Positions 16,610-25,152 of a DNA stretch of 37,773 nucleotides are shown here, piece by piece. The DNA lies in the IMG/VR virus record IMGVR_UViG_3300048074_000106, positions 1-37,773 of that record; one strand, written 5' to 3'. The stretch's first letter is position 1; each line of letters starts with the position of its first letter. A model generated the notes under the pieces. It was not told the DNA's origin. It searched no databases and saw only the letters and a program-made list of their open reading frames with translations. This stretch comes from a virus (Duplodnaviria > Caudoviricetes). Both the position numbers and the translations under genes were made by a program.

Positions 16610-18124
16610 ATGAAGCGACCGTTCCGGACCAGGATGACTCGCGCTTGGCGCGAGCTGCAGGGCAAGCGCTCCTCCGACTACAAGGGCGCCGAGATGAACC
16701 GCCTCCTTCTCGACTGGGTGGCGCAGTCGCTCACCCCCGACGAGGAGATCCGCGGATCGGTGCGCAAGCTGCGCGCCCGCGCGCGCGAGCTCTCCCGCAA
16801 CGAGGGCTACGCCAAGCAGTATCTCCGGCTCCTCACCACCAACGTGATCGGGCCCCATGGGTTCCGGATGCAGGCCCAGGTGATGAAGGGCGATGTCTTC
16901 GACCGGGAAACGAACACCGCGATCGAGCGCGCCTGGCTCCGCTGGTCTGAGGGACGGGTCACGGTGGACGGAACCCTCACGCTACGTCGGCTTCAGAAGG
17001 TGTTGCTGCGCTCGGTTGCCCGCGACGGCGAGGTCTTCGTCCGGCGCTGGCTCTCGTTCGACGGGAACCCCTTCGGCTATGCGCTCCAGGCGATCGACGC
17101 CGACATGCTCGATGAAAACCTCAACCGCGCCCGCGGCAATGGCGTGAACGAGATTCGGATGGGCGTCGAGGTGGACGGCGTCGGCCGGCCCCTCGGCTAC
17201 TGGTTCTTCAAGAACCCCGAGGATCGGGTGCTCAACACCGGGACCGCCGGCCGGATCTTCGTGACTGCCACTGAGGTCCTCCACCTCTACGATGCCGACC
17301 GCCCAAATCAGACCCGCGGCGTGACGTGGCTTCATCCGATCATGGTCCCGATGAAGATGCTCGGGGGGTACGAGGAGGCGGAGCTGGTCGCCGCCCGCAC
17401 CGCGGCGGCGAAGATGGGCTTCATCCAGTCCCCCGACGGAGTCGGCGACCCCGGCGACATGAACGAGCCGGCCGAGATGGAGGCGGCCCCCGGCACCATG
17501 GAGCGCCTGCAGGCCGGCGAGACGTTCCAGCCCTGGGACCCCCAGCACCCGACCACGGCCTTCCCCATCTTCGTAAAGTCCCTGCTTCGCAAGATCTCCG
17601 CCGGCCTGGGCGTCTCCTACAACGCCCTCGCTAACGATCTCGAGGGAGTCAACTACTCCTCGATGCGCTCCGGCCTTCTCATCGAGCGCGACCACTGGAA
17701 GGACGTTCAGGTCGACTGGATCGAGGACTTCCTGCAGCCCGTCTTCGAGGACTGGTTGAACATGGCGCTCCTCACCGGGGCGCTCGTCCTCGACTCGATG
17801 GATGCGACCCGATATGCCAACGAGGTGGTTTGGAAGCCCCGCGGCTGGCAGTGGGTGGATCCGGCGAAGGACATCGCTGCGATCGAGAAGAGCATCGAGC
17901 TCGGACTCACCTCGCGAACCAAGGCCTGCGCCGAGTCGGGCGACGACTACGAGGAGAACCTGCTCAACCTCGAGCGCGAGGAGCGCATGGCCAAGGAGAA
18001 GGGGATCTCGATCCAGGGCAAGCCTACCACCGCGCCCCTTCAACCGCCCCCCGGAGATCCGGAGGACGACGACGATTCCGAAGAGAGCCAGCGGACCCTG
18101 CTGGCTGGGAGGTTCCGCCAATGA
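16610..18124 (+). CDS. Portal protein, lambda family
   Basis: LRARARELSRN, RDGEVF, MGVEVDGVGRPLGYW, QTRGVTW, DLEGVNYSSMRSG and W.PRGWQWVDPAKD. Confidence 0.96.
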   Translation: MKRPFRTRMTRAWRELQGKRSSDYKGAEMNRLLLDWVAQSLTPDEEIRGSVRKLRARARELSRNEGYAKQYLRLLTTNVIGPHGFRMQAQVMKGDVFDRETNTAIERAWLRWSEGRVTVDGTLTLRRLQKVLLRSVARDGEVFVRRWLSFDGNPFGYALQAIDADMLDENLNRARGNGVNEIRMGVEVDGVGRPLGYWFFKNPEDRVLNTGTAGRIFVTATEVLHLYDADRPNQTRGVTWLHPIMVPMKMLGGYEEAELVAARTAAAKMGFIQSPDGVGDPGDMNEPAEMEAAPGTMERLQAGETFQPWDPQHPTTAFPIFVKSLLRKISAGLGVSYNALANDLEGVNYSSMRSGLLIERDHWKDVQVDWIEDFLQPVFEDWLNMALLTGALVLDSMDATRYANEVVWKPRGWQWVDPAKDIAAIEKSIELGLTSRTKACAESGDDYEENLLNLEREERMAKEKGISIQGKPTTAPLQPPPGDPEDDDDSEESQRTLLAGRFRQ

Positions 18125-18570
18125 TGAAGCTCAGCAGGATGCTCATGTTCCTTGCCCTCGTCGTGCTCGCAGTGCTCGCCATGGGGAACATCGATCCCAC
18201 GACCACGCGGTTCGACGACGCCCGCGAGGGCTCCTACGGCGTCACGGTCGACCTCGAGGCCGACGCCGACACTGTCCTCTGGATTGGCTTCAAGTGCTGG
18301 ACCGGGACGGTGACCCGCATGAACGTCGACGTCATCGTGGAGCCGCTCACGATCAGCACCCGCCAGATCGTGGACGGGCCCACCTGGCAGACCGGCCGAA
18401 GTGTGGCCAACCCGCGTTCCGGCTCATCGCTCTACGATTGGGGCCCCGACACGCTCACGACGACCAACCCCATCCACGAGTTCTGCTGCGACGGCCTCAT
18501 CGGATACCGGATCACCGCGATCGACACGACCGGCTACGTGAAGGTGTACGCGACGGGAGGGCGGCCGTAA
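18121..18570 (+). CDS. Exported hypothetical protein with signal peptide, 149 aa
   Basis: ATG overlaps the portal stop (ATGA). MMKLSRMLMFLALVVLAVLAMG looks like a signal peptide, and the mature part is beta-rich. Confidence 0.75.
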   Translation: MMKLSRMLMFLALVVLAVLAMGNIDPTTTRFDDAREGSYGVTVDLEADADTVLWIGFKCWTGTVTRMNVDVIVEPLTISTRQIVDGPTWQTGRSVANPRSGSSLYDWGPDTLTTTNPIHEFCCDGLIGYRITAIDTTGYVKVYATGGRP

Positions 18571-20741
18571 TGAGACGGCGCTGCCTCAGCCTCCTGCTCG
18601 CTCTGCTCTCCGCCTTCCTCGCCCTTCCAGCCAGCGCGGCCGAGTGGTACGACGGCGCGTGGACGCAGCGGGTCAAGATCACAGTGCAAGCGTCCAAGGT
18701 GCCGGGCCCGAGCAACCTCACCGACTTCCCCGTGTTCGTCGATCTTCGGCACGTCTGGGGGTATTCATCGTGGGCGGCACTCGGGATGCAGACGGATGGC
18801 GGCGACATCGTGGTAACCGATTCGACGGGGGCTACGGAGCTCTCCCGCGAGCTTGTGTCGTTCAACAGGGCGACGCCGAAGGGGGTCCTGTACTTCAAGG
18901 CCCCAGTCCTGAAACACGCCACGAACACTGAGTTCTACGTCTACTGGGGCAACGCAGCCTCGGACAAGAAAAACTCCGCGGCGGTGTGGTCGAGCAACTT
19001 CCAGATCATCGCGCACTGTGCGGGCGATTCCTCCTCAGTCAACGGGTACACAGCCACCCAGTCAAGCGTTGGGACGACGGACACGACTTCGAACGGTTCT
19101 CCGGCGTGGTCCTACGTGAAAGCCACCCCGAGCAAATCGGTGTGGAACAACAGCGCGATCAGCGGTAACACCTGGACGTTGACCGCGTGGCTCAAGTCGT
19201 CCGACACGACCGTGAACCTCATCCCCATCGGCCTGGCTACAACCTACAACGGACTGATTACAGCAGCTCCAGCCGGCGTCCAGACGCTCTCCCACTATGA
19301 CGGAACGGGCAGGCGAGTACTCGAGCCGCCGGTGCGTGACGGTAGCTGGCATCGCATCGCAGTTGTGGCGCGAGACGCTGCCGCTGACTCGACCTACGGG
19401 ATTGTGGATGGCGTGCGGACCACGACGAATCCAGTGTCCTGGACCCCCTACAGCATCGCGGCGAATATTCGGTTCGGCATCAACATCACCGACCAGTCGG
19501 GGCAAGCGTGGACCGGGGCACTGAGCGAGGTCCACATCGCCAACGTCGAGCGATCGCAAGCCTGGTTGGTGGCCGATGCGAACAACTTCACCTCACCCTC
19601 CACGTTCTATGCCGTCGGGGCGGAGGAGATCTGTGGGGCTGCCCCGGACATCGTCTTGCCCGCCACGATCTATGCCGTCGTCGGCCGAGCCATGAGCATC
19701 AGGTATAACCAGCTTCTGCCGCAGATACCCTGCAACGACCGCCTCGTCTACTCCTGCGCCAGCGATAGCGGAACGGTAGACGCGGCAGGGTTCCACTTCA
19801 CCCCGGCCGGCGTCGGCAACTCCACGGTCATCATCAGCGTGGCTGATGCGCTCAACGACACGACCGTCATCGACACAGTGACGGTAACCGCGGTCGCCCC
19901 GGATGGCGGGACGGGCACAAAAGGGGCGCTCTTTGTCGGCGACTCGGTGATGGCCAAGATCCCGGGCGCGCAGCCCGACAGCACCTACATCCCCAGCTAC
20001 AACAATCTCTACTTCACGGCGGACGGCGGTGCGAATCTCCGCTTCATCGGAAGCCAGGGCGAGACACCGATCTTCCACGAGGGCCGCGGTGGGTGGACCT
20101 GGGCCAGCTTCACAACGTCGCAAGTCCTGAATCCCTTCTGGATCGGTGGGCAAGTAGACTTTCAGAGCTACATTGCAGACTCGTCCCTGACCGGCCCCAT
20201 CGAATACTGCGTGGTTCACCTCGGCGGGAATGACATGTACGGCCAGACGGCCGTCGTGGATGCAACCTTCCTCGCCACGCTGACTGGACGCGTTGACGCC
20301 TTCTGCGATGCCATGCTCTCTCCGGTCACAGGCTACCCCGACTGCAAGATCGTGTTGGTCCTGCCGTCTCTGGGCAACGCAGACACCCTCGCGTGGCGCG
20401 ACAACTATCCCGACAATTACTACTGGGCAGAGCTGGAGCAAAACTACTCCATCTACGGCAAGACGCTGCGCGACCGCTACGATGGTGGCGCCTACCACGC
20501 GAACGTCTCCGTCTGCGCAGCTGGGGTCTTCGTGGATCGTGACGCTGATTATCCGCCCGACGACTACTTCCACCCGCTGCGGGCCGGGTACATCCATTTG
20601 GCGGACGCGATCTACGCGCACCTTCGCGCACTGATCAGCCTCGGCGCATCACCTGGATCTACTCAACCTTTTGGCATTCACGGATCGAAGCGCGGCCTCG
20701 GTCTTCGCTCAGCCGACGGACGGTTGGGTATCAGACACTGA
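18570..20741 (+). CDS. Exported multidomain protein: signal peptide + DUF2341-like + LamG-like + SGNH/GDSL hydrolase, 723 aa
   Basis: Start overlaps the upstream stop (TAATG); the 17802 start in the track is spurious. Signal peptide MRRRCLSLLLALLSAFLALPASA|AEW. DUF2341-like NLTDFPVFV, DGGDIVVT, FYVYWGN. LamG-like WTLTAWLK, DGSWHRIAV. SGNH blocks FVGDS, HEGRGGW, LGGND, DYFHP. Confidence 0.82.
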   Translation: MRRRCLSLLLALLSAFLALPASAAEWYDGAWTQRVKITVQASKVPGPSNLTDFPVFVDLRHVWGYSSWAALGMQTDGGDIVVTDSTGATELSRELVSFNRATPKGVLYFKAPVLKHATNTEFYVYWGNAASDKKNSAAVWSSNFQIIAHCAGDSSSVNGYTATQSSVGTTDTTSNGSPAWSYVKATPSKSVWNNSAISGNTWTLTAWLKSSDTTVNLIPIGLATTYNGLITAAPAGVQTLSHYDGTGRRVLEPPVRDGSWHRIAVVARDAAADSTYGIVDGVRTTTNPVSWTPYSIAANIRFGINITDQSGQAWTGALSEVHIANVERSQAWLVADANNFTSPSTFYAVGAEEICGAAPDIVLPATIYAVVGRAMSIRYNQLLPQIPCNDRLVYSCASDSGTVDAAGFHFTPAGVGNSTVIISVADALNDTTVIDTVTVTAVAPDGGTGTKGALFVGDSVMAKIPGAQPDSTYIPSYNNLYFTADGGANLRFIGSQGETPIFHEGRGGWTWASFTTSQVLNPFWIGGQVDFQSYIADSSLTGPIEYCVVHLGGNDMYGQTAVVDATFLATLTGRVDAFCDAMLSPVTGYPDCKIVLVLPSLGNADTLAWRDNYPDNYYWAELEQNYSIYGKTLRDRYDGGAYHANVSVCAAGVFVDRDADYPPDDYFHPLRAGYIHLADAIYAHLRALISLGASPGSTQPFGIHGSKRGLGLRSADGRLGIRH

Positions 20742-20756
20742 CGGAAGGGAACACGG

Positions 20757-20999
20757 ATGACCGCACCGAACGACGGAAGTGGTGAGAGGCCGATCGGCAA
20801 CGGCTGGACCTCTGCCCAGGAATGGGTGAAGCGCGAACTGGACACCCTGTCCGATGGGCAGACCGCACTCAACACGAAGATGGATCGCAGCCACGCGGAA
20901 CTCGGCGCCAAGATCGACCGGCTTATCTGGTGGATGCTATCGCAAACGGTCGTCGTCGTGCTGGCCGTGTTCGTCGAGCTGATGCGGAGACACATGTGA
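20757..20999 (+). CDS. Coiled-coil protein with C-terminal TM helix; holin/antiholin-like
   Basis: Ends LIWWMLSQTVVVVLAVFVELMRRHM and is coupled to the endolysin start (GTGA). Confidence 0.6.
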   Translation: MTAPNDGSGERPIGNGWTSAQEWVKRELDTLSDGQTALNTKMDRSHAELGAKIDRLIWWMLSQTVVVVLAVFVELMRRHM

Positions 21000-21508
21000 G
21001 CATCGAGCGCGTGACCGAGCGCGTACTGACGGGACTCATCGAAGAGGCACGGCAACCTGCTCTCATGCTCATCGCGTGCGCCGCAGACCAAGGCGCCGCG
21101 TTGCGAGTCACCCGCACCTTCGATACCTGGGCAACCCAGGCGGCCTACTACGCCCAGGGTCGTCAGCCTCTCGACCAGGTCAACGCGCTGCGCGCCGGCG
21201 TTGGGCTCCCCCCCATCACCGCGAAGCAGAACGACTACACGATTTCGGATGCGCGACCAGGTCGCAGCTGGCACAACTGGTGTCGCGCTCTCGACGTCGT
21301 CCCCGTCGACGAAGCCACGTCCCCCGACTTCCGGGATCCGGATAACCCACTCTGGAGCGCCCCCTACTGGGTGGCCATCGGCGAACTCGGAGAGGCACTG
21401 GGCTTCGAGTGGGGCGGTCGATGGGGCGACAACCCCCACTTTCAATGGACCCGCGGCGCAACCCTCGCTGGCTTGCTCGCGCAGTTTCCGCAGGGGATCC
21501 GCATATGA
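20996..21508 (+). CDS. Endolysin, M15 family peptidase (CwlK/Ply500-like), 170 aa
   Basis: YAQGR, SWHNWCRALD (SxHxxxxAxD) and EWGGRWGDNPHFQ. Confidence 0.88.
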   Translation: MSIERVTERVLTGLIEEARQPALMLIACAADQGAALRVTRTFDTWATQAAYYAQGRQPLDQVNALRAGVGLPPITAKQNDYTISDARPGRSWHNWCRALDVVPVDEATSPDFRDPDNPLWSAPYWVAIGELGEALGFEWGGRWGDNPHFQWTRGATLAGLLAQFPQGIRI

Positions 21509-22416
21509 GAACGCTGGTCGCAAGCGGTGGCGCGTTCAAGGGCGCCGTGCAGGTTGGGATGATCGATGGCCTCTGCGGGCTCGAGTGGCTCAAGCAGCGC
21601 AACGCGGCAGGCCCCATCCCCGGATCCTGGGTGCTTCCCTGGCAGCTCTACCTCGGCGTCTCGACCGGCAGCCTCCAGGCCTCTATTGCCGCGTGCGGCC
21701 GCTACTCCGATGTGGAGAAGCTCAAGGCTCGCTGGTCTGGCCTAAAGGGGATCGGCGACATCATGAAGATGCGTAGCTGGGGCTGGCTCCGCCTCGCTCC
21801 GATCGTGGCCGGCGGCTCCCTCTACACCTTCGAGCCTCTCCGCGAGATCCTCCAGAAAGACCTGAGTGACGAGGACATCGAGCGGATCCGTCGTTACGGC
21901 AATCGGTTCCTGTGCGGCTACACCGACATGCAGACGCTCACCTACAAGGTAGCTGACGACCGCAACCCGAACATCCGCACATGGATCGAGGCGAGCTGCT
22001 CGGTGCCCGGCTATCACGAGGGTGTGTTTGGCCGCTACTTCGACGGTGGGGTGCGCAACATCACCCCTCTCGCGGACGCGATCCACGCCGGCGCCACCGA
22101 GATCGACGTGCTCCTGGCTTCCCCGCTGAAGCCGACAACGAAGGCCGTTCCCAAGACCGTGTTTGGCCGCGTGGGGCGCGCGATCGACGGGCTCACCAAC
22201 GAGATCATGCGCGACGATCTGCGGGAGGTGGCGCGGCGCAATCTCTACCCGCGGCCAGGCGATCGCGAGATCAAGATCCGCGTTTACATGCCCAGCGAGC
22301 CGGTCAACGCCTCATGGTGCTTGAAGCCCGGCGACTATGCCCGGATGTTCCAGATCGGCTACGCGCTGGCGGCGCACCCGCTGACGGTGGCCCAGGCCCT
22401 TGGAGAGGAGATCTGA
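21505..22416 (+). CDS. Patatin-like phospholipase, 303 aa
   Basis: ATG overlaps the endolysin stop (ATGA). Gly-rich SGGAFKG, nucleophile GVSTG, ASCSVP and catalytic DGG are all intact. Confidence 0.92.
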   Translation: MRTLVASGGAFKGAVQVGMIDGLCGLEWLKQRNAAGPIPGSWVLPWQLYLGVSTGSLQASIAACGRYSDVEKLKARWSGLKGIGDIMKMRSWGWLRLAPIVAGGSLYTFEPLREILQKDLSDEDIERIRRYGNRFLCGYTDMQTLTYKVADDRNPNIRTWIEASCSVPGYHEGVFGRYFDGGVRNITPLADAIHAGATEIDVLLASPLKPTTKAVPKTVFGRVGRAIDGLTNEIMRDDLREVARRNLYPRPGDREIKIRVYMPSEPVNASWCLKPGDYARMFQIGYALAAHPLTVAQALGEEI

Positions 22417-22417
22417 C

Positions 22418-22696
22418 ATGCTGAAGAAGATCGGGAAGAAGCTCTGGACCGTGATCGGGAGCGCCGTGCTCCTCCCCGCGCTTTACGTGACGCTCACCAA
22501 GAAGTTCGGTCTGGACGAGACCGCGGCCCAGCACGTGATCGAGGTGGTGGGCAGCCTGGTCGGCCTGGGTCTGATCGGCCACACCGCGAGCGACATCGCC
22601 ATCACCCGCAAGGTGATCGAAGGCGAATCCGCCGAGCGCGTCGCGGAGATGTCCCCCCAGGGCACCGGTGACGTTAACGTCATCCACACCCGCTGA
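22418..22696 (+). CDS. Small two-TM membrane protein, holin-like, 92 aa
   Basis: GAGGAG SD, basic N-terminus, two hydrophobic segments and a charged C-terminal tail. Confidence 0.65.
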   Translation: MLKKIGKKLWTVIGSAVLLPALYVTLTKKFGLDETAAQHVIEVVGSLVGLGLIGHTASDIAITRKVIEGESAERVAEMSPQGTGDVNVIHTR

Positions 22697-22699
22697 TCT

Positions 22700-23143
22700 T
22701 CAGAGGATCCCGGTGGCCTGGTAGATCTTCTGGCCCCGCCCCCGACCAACCGCCGGTTGGCGGGCCCCAACGATCTTCAGTTCACCGGCCTTCAGCAGCG
22801 CGCGGAGATGCAAGCGAACACCTTCCTCGGTGACCTTCAGGTGCTTGCCTTCGGCCACGAGCATGAGGTCCTTCGTGGTGTGAGGCCCGCGGTTCTTGGA
22901 GAGGTACTCCCGGAGAAAGGGCTCCACCAGGCCACGCGACTCACCGTTCCCTTTCGACTGAGTCAGCCTCTTGGCAGGCTTCCGTGGCTTGGGAATCTTT
23001 GCGTCCCCCCGGGGAGTGGTAGGTCTCTTTGGTTCGGCCGGAGCCGGCATGTCGGCGAGTGCGCCGATGATCCTCCGCAGTTCCTCCTGCACCGTCTTCT
23101 TCACCAGCTCTTCAATCCACACCTCCATCACATTGCCGCTCAT
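22700..23143 (-). CDS. Putative DNA-binding protein with C-terminal winged helix
   Basis: HTTKDLM...VTEEGVRLHLRALLKAGELK...GRGQKIYQ; last gene of the early operon. Confidence 0.65.
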   Translation of the reverse strand: MSGNVMEVWIEELVKKTVQEELRRIIGALADMPAPAEPKRPTTPRGDAKIPKPRKPAKRLTQSKGNGESRGLVEPFLREYLSKNRGPHTTKDLMLVAEGKHLKVTEEGVRLHLRALLKAGELKIVGARQPAVGRGRGQKIYQATGIL

Positions 23144-23544
23144 CGTACGCCCTCTCTTTTCCCTTCTGGCCGCATGGCCCCGCCAACGACAACCTCAAGC
23201 CCATCGCGGTGGATCACCCACAGTTCGCAGGGCCCGTAGGCTTCCCACAGCTTCCGGATCCTCCGAAAGGCCGTGGTCTCCCATCCCTTCACGTCCTCGA
23301 CTCGCACGGCGCCATTGACCGGCACGACCTCAAAGTCCGGCCGGTACGTGTTCTCGGGCACCCCCAAGCGGAATAGCGGTTGCCCGATCCACCATGCGAC
23401 CTCGCCGACGCGGACGAGGACGTCGAGTTCGGCTGCGCGCTTCGCTTCCGCCTTGCTCGCGTAAAGCACCCCGCGGTAGACCCGCTCCTCCGAGGGCGCG
23501 ACGCGATACTTGCTCGGGCTCCAGGCGACAACGCGCCTCCTCAT
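23140..23544 (-). CDS. DUF1064-family PD-(D/E)xK nuclease-like protein
   Basis: SKY, YASKAEAKRAAEL, QPLFRL, TYRPDF and VEDVKG. Confidence 0.85.
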   Translation of the reverse strand: MRRRVVAWSPSKYRVAPSEERVYRGVLYASKAEAKRAAELDVLVRVGEVAWWIGQPLFRLGVPENTYRPDFEVVPVNGAVRVEDVKGWETTAFRRIRKLWEAYGPCELWVIHRDGLEVVVGGAMRPEGKREGVR

Positions 23545-24044
23545 ATCGCGTCACCGATGATGGGGGGCATCCTGTCGATCGCCGCCTGGATCACGGCGGG
23601 CGGCGCCGGCGGCAAGTAGGAGCGGCGCAACCCACCCACCGAGCAGGTACACCGGTAGATGACTTCCGTCTGTGGGTTCTCAGCGTGGGGCCCGTGCAGG
23701 ATCGGCGGGTCGGTCAGGATCGGCGCGAGGTAGGAGACCCCCGCATTGGGTTCTGATTCCCCGGCTCGGCAGAGCGATACGTACTCCCACCGCCCCTGCC
23801 ATGCGGCCCCGCACGCGAAACAGAACACGCTCACCGGCTGCTCGCCCGGCTCGAACCGGACCGACCAGTAGCGGAGCGCGTACCAGCGGCGCCCGCGGCG
23901 CAAGACCGCCGGCGGCTCAACGATCCGAGCTCCTCCGCAGCCGGGACCTTTGTGCCCCTCCAGAACGCCGACGCGTGGCCCGTCGCTCGGAATGATCACG
24001 AGCGAGGAGCCCTCGTCAGCCCGCGGCTTCTTCAGTAGTCCCAT
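23541..24044 (-). CDS. Cys-containing hypothetical protein
   Basis: Stop overlaps the downstream start (ATGA). It contains CFAC and CTC, and its start overlaps the replication gene. Confidence 0.45.
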   Translation of the reverse strand: MGLLKKPRADEGSSLVIIPSDGPRVGVLEGHKGPGCGGARIVEPPAVLRRGRRWYALRYWSVRFEPGEQPVSVFCFACGAAWQGRWEYVSLCRAGESEPNAGVSYLAPILTDPPILHGPHAENPQTEVIYRCTCSVGGLRRSYLPPAPPAVIQAAIDRMPPIIGDAI

Positions 24045-25152
24045 CGAACTTCACCCTCGCGTAGAGATCCCGGTAGTGATTCCATGCCTTGCAAAGCCCG
24101 CTCACGCGCGGCGGGCCCTTGCCCCGGTGGTTCTTCATGTAGAACTCCCAGACCTCGAGCACCTCGACGTGGAGCGCGTCGAGGTCGTCCCCCTGGTCGA
24201 GGTGTGGCGGGATCACCTCGCGGTACCAGGGCAGAAACTCCTGGAGGAACTCCCCCCGAGGCCCGAGACCGCCGGCGTAGACCGAGCCGTCGCGAGCGGC
24301 CGCGAACGCCCCTGCGAGCGCGGCCCAGAGTTCCCCCGGCCGCAGCGGGATGTCGCCGTGGTAGTACTCCCCCCGGTCGCGAGCTTCGGCCTCGCGCACG
24401 ACGGCGGGCAGCGGGCGGCGCGACCCGGCCGGCTCGGCCGAGAACCGCCCCGTGACCGCGGCGGTGCCGTTGCGGTGCCCGTTCCCGGCTCCGGCGGTGA
24501 TCCCCGATGCTGCGAATGCGTCTGGCGCTCCGGGTTCCCCCCGACCAGGATCCCGTTCGACGGCGGCGGCGACGGGCTCGCGCGCGCGCGCGGGCGTGCG
24601 AGGCACTTCAGGGTTAGCAATACCCGTCGTCGCTTCCGGTTCCTGCTCCTGCTCCTGCTCCTGCTCCTGATAAGGGCTACCCTTGTCCTTAGGCATGCGG
24701 CTAGCCTTGCCCGTAGGCTTGCCCGTAGCCTTACCCCATGCCTCAACCCATGCCTTGCCCTTAGCCTCCAAGTAACTGCCACACCGATTGATAAGGCCCG
24801 TCTTGGGGGGGCAGTCAGGGACCAATTCCAGGGCTTCCTTCCACCCCTTTGTCACCACGTTCGGGCTCTCGGGCTCGTTGTATTCGAGGAAGCCGACCAC
24901 CCCGATGTAGGAGGCTTCCTCGTACCCTTCCAGGTAGCCTTCCCGTATGGCTACGCCGATGGCTTCGCCCATGCGGTCGATGGTCCACCCCTTCTCCGCG
25001 GCCAGCCCGGCAACCGTGGCCCTCATCGCCCCCAGTGCGGTCATCGCAGGATGAGTGCTGACGAAGAAGTAGGCGAGCTGGGCGTCGTCGGACATCCCCA
25101 TGAAGCGCGCCTCGTTCCAGATCCGTGGGAGGATCTTCCGGTACTTCGCCAT
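24016..25152 (-). CDS. Replication initiator-like protein, 378 aa
   Basis: MAKYRKILPRIWNEARF.GMSDDAQLAYFFVSTHP...FLEYNEPESPNV N-terminal domain, an EQEQEQEQE linker and internal tandem repeats. Confidence 0.78.
   Translation of the reverse strand: MAKYRKILPRIWNEARFMGMSDDAQLAYFFVSTHPAMTALGAMRATVAGLAAEKGWTIDRMGEAIGVAIREGYLEGYEEASYIGVVGFLEYNEPESPNVVTKGWKEALELVPDCPPKTGLINRCGSYLEAKGKAWVEAWGKATGKPTGKASRMPKDKGSPYQEQEQEQEQEPEATTGIANPEVPRTPARAREPVAAAVERDPGRGEPGAPDAFAASGITAGAGNGHRNGTAAVTGRFSAEPAGSRRPLPAVVREAEARDRGEYYHGDIPLRPGELWAALAGAFAAARDGSVYAGGLGPRGEFLQEFLPWYREVIPPHLDQGDDLDALHVEVLEVWEFYMKNHRGKGPPRVSGLCKAWNHYRDLYARVKFDGTTEEAAG
24677..24772. repeat. Eight imperfect 12-bp tandem repeats; putative iterons/origin
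   Basis: ctacccttgtcc, ttaggcatgcgg, ctagccttgccc, gtaggcttgccc, gtagccttaccc, catgcctcaacc, catgccttgccc, ttagcctccaag, all inside the initiator gene. Confidence 0.65.

Noticed and set aside
17802-18569. N-terminal 256 aa of the 979-aa ORF in the track
   Set aside because: It overlaps the portal and the 149-aa gene in other frames. The real start is the signal-peptide Met at 18570.
21505-22416. Patatin as a CBASS CapV defence effector
   Set aside because: No CD-NTase or other CBASS gene is present, and the gene is coupled to the endolysin.
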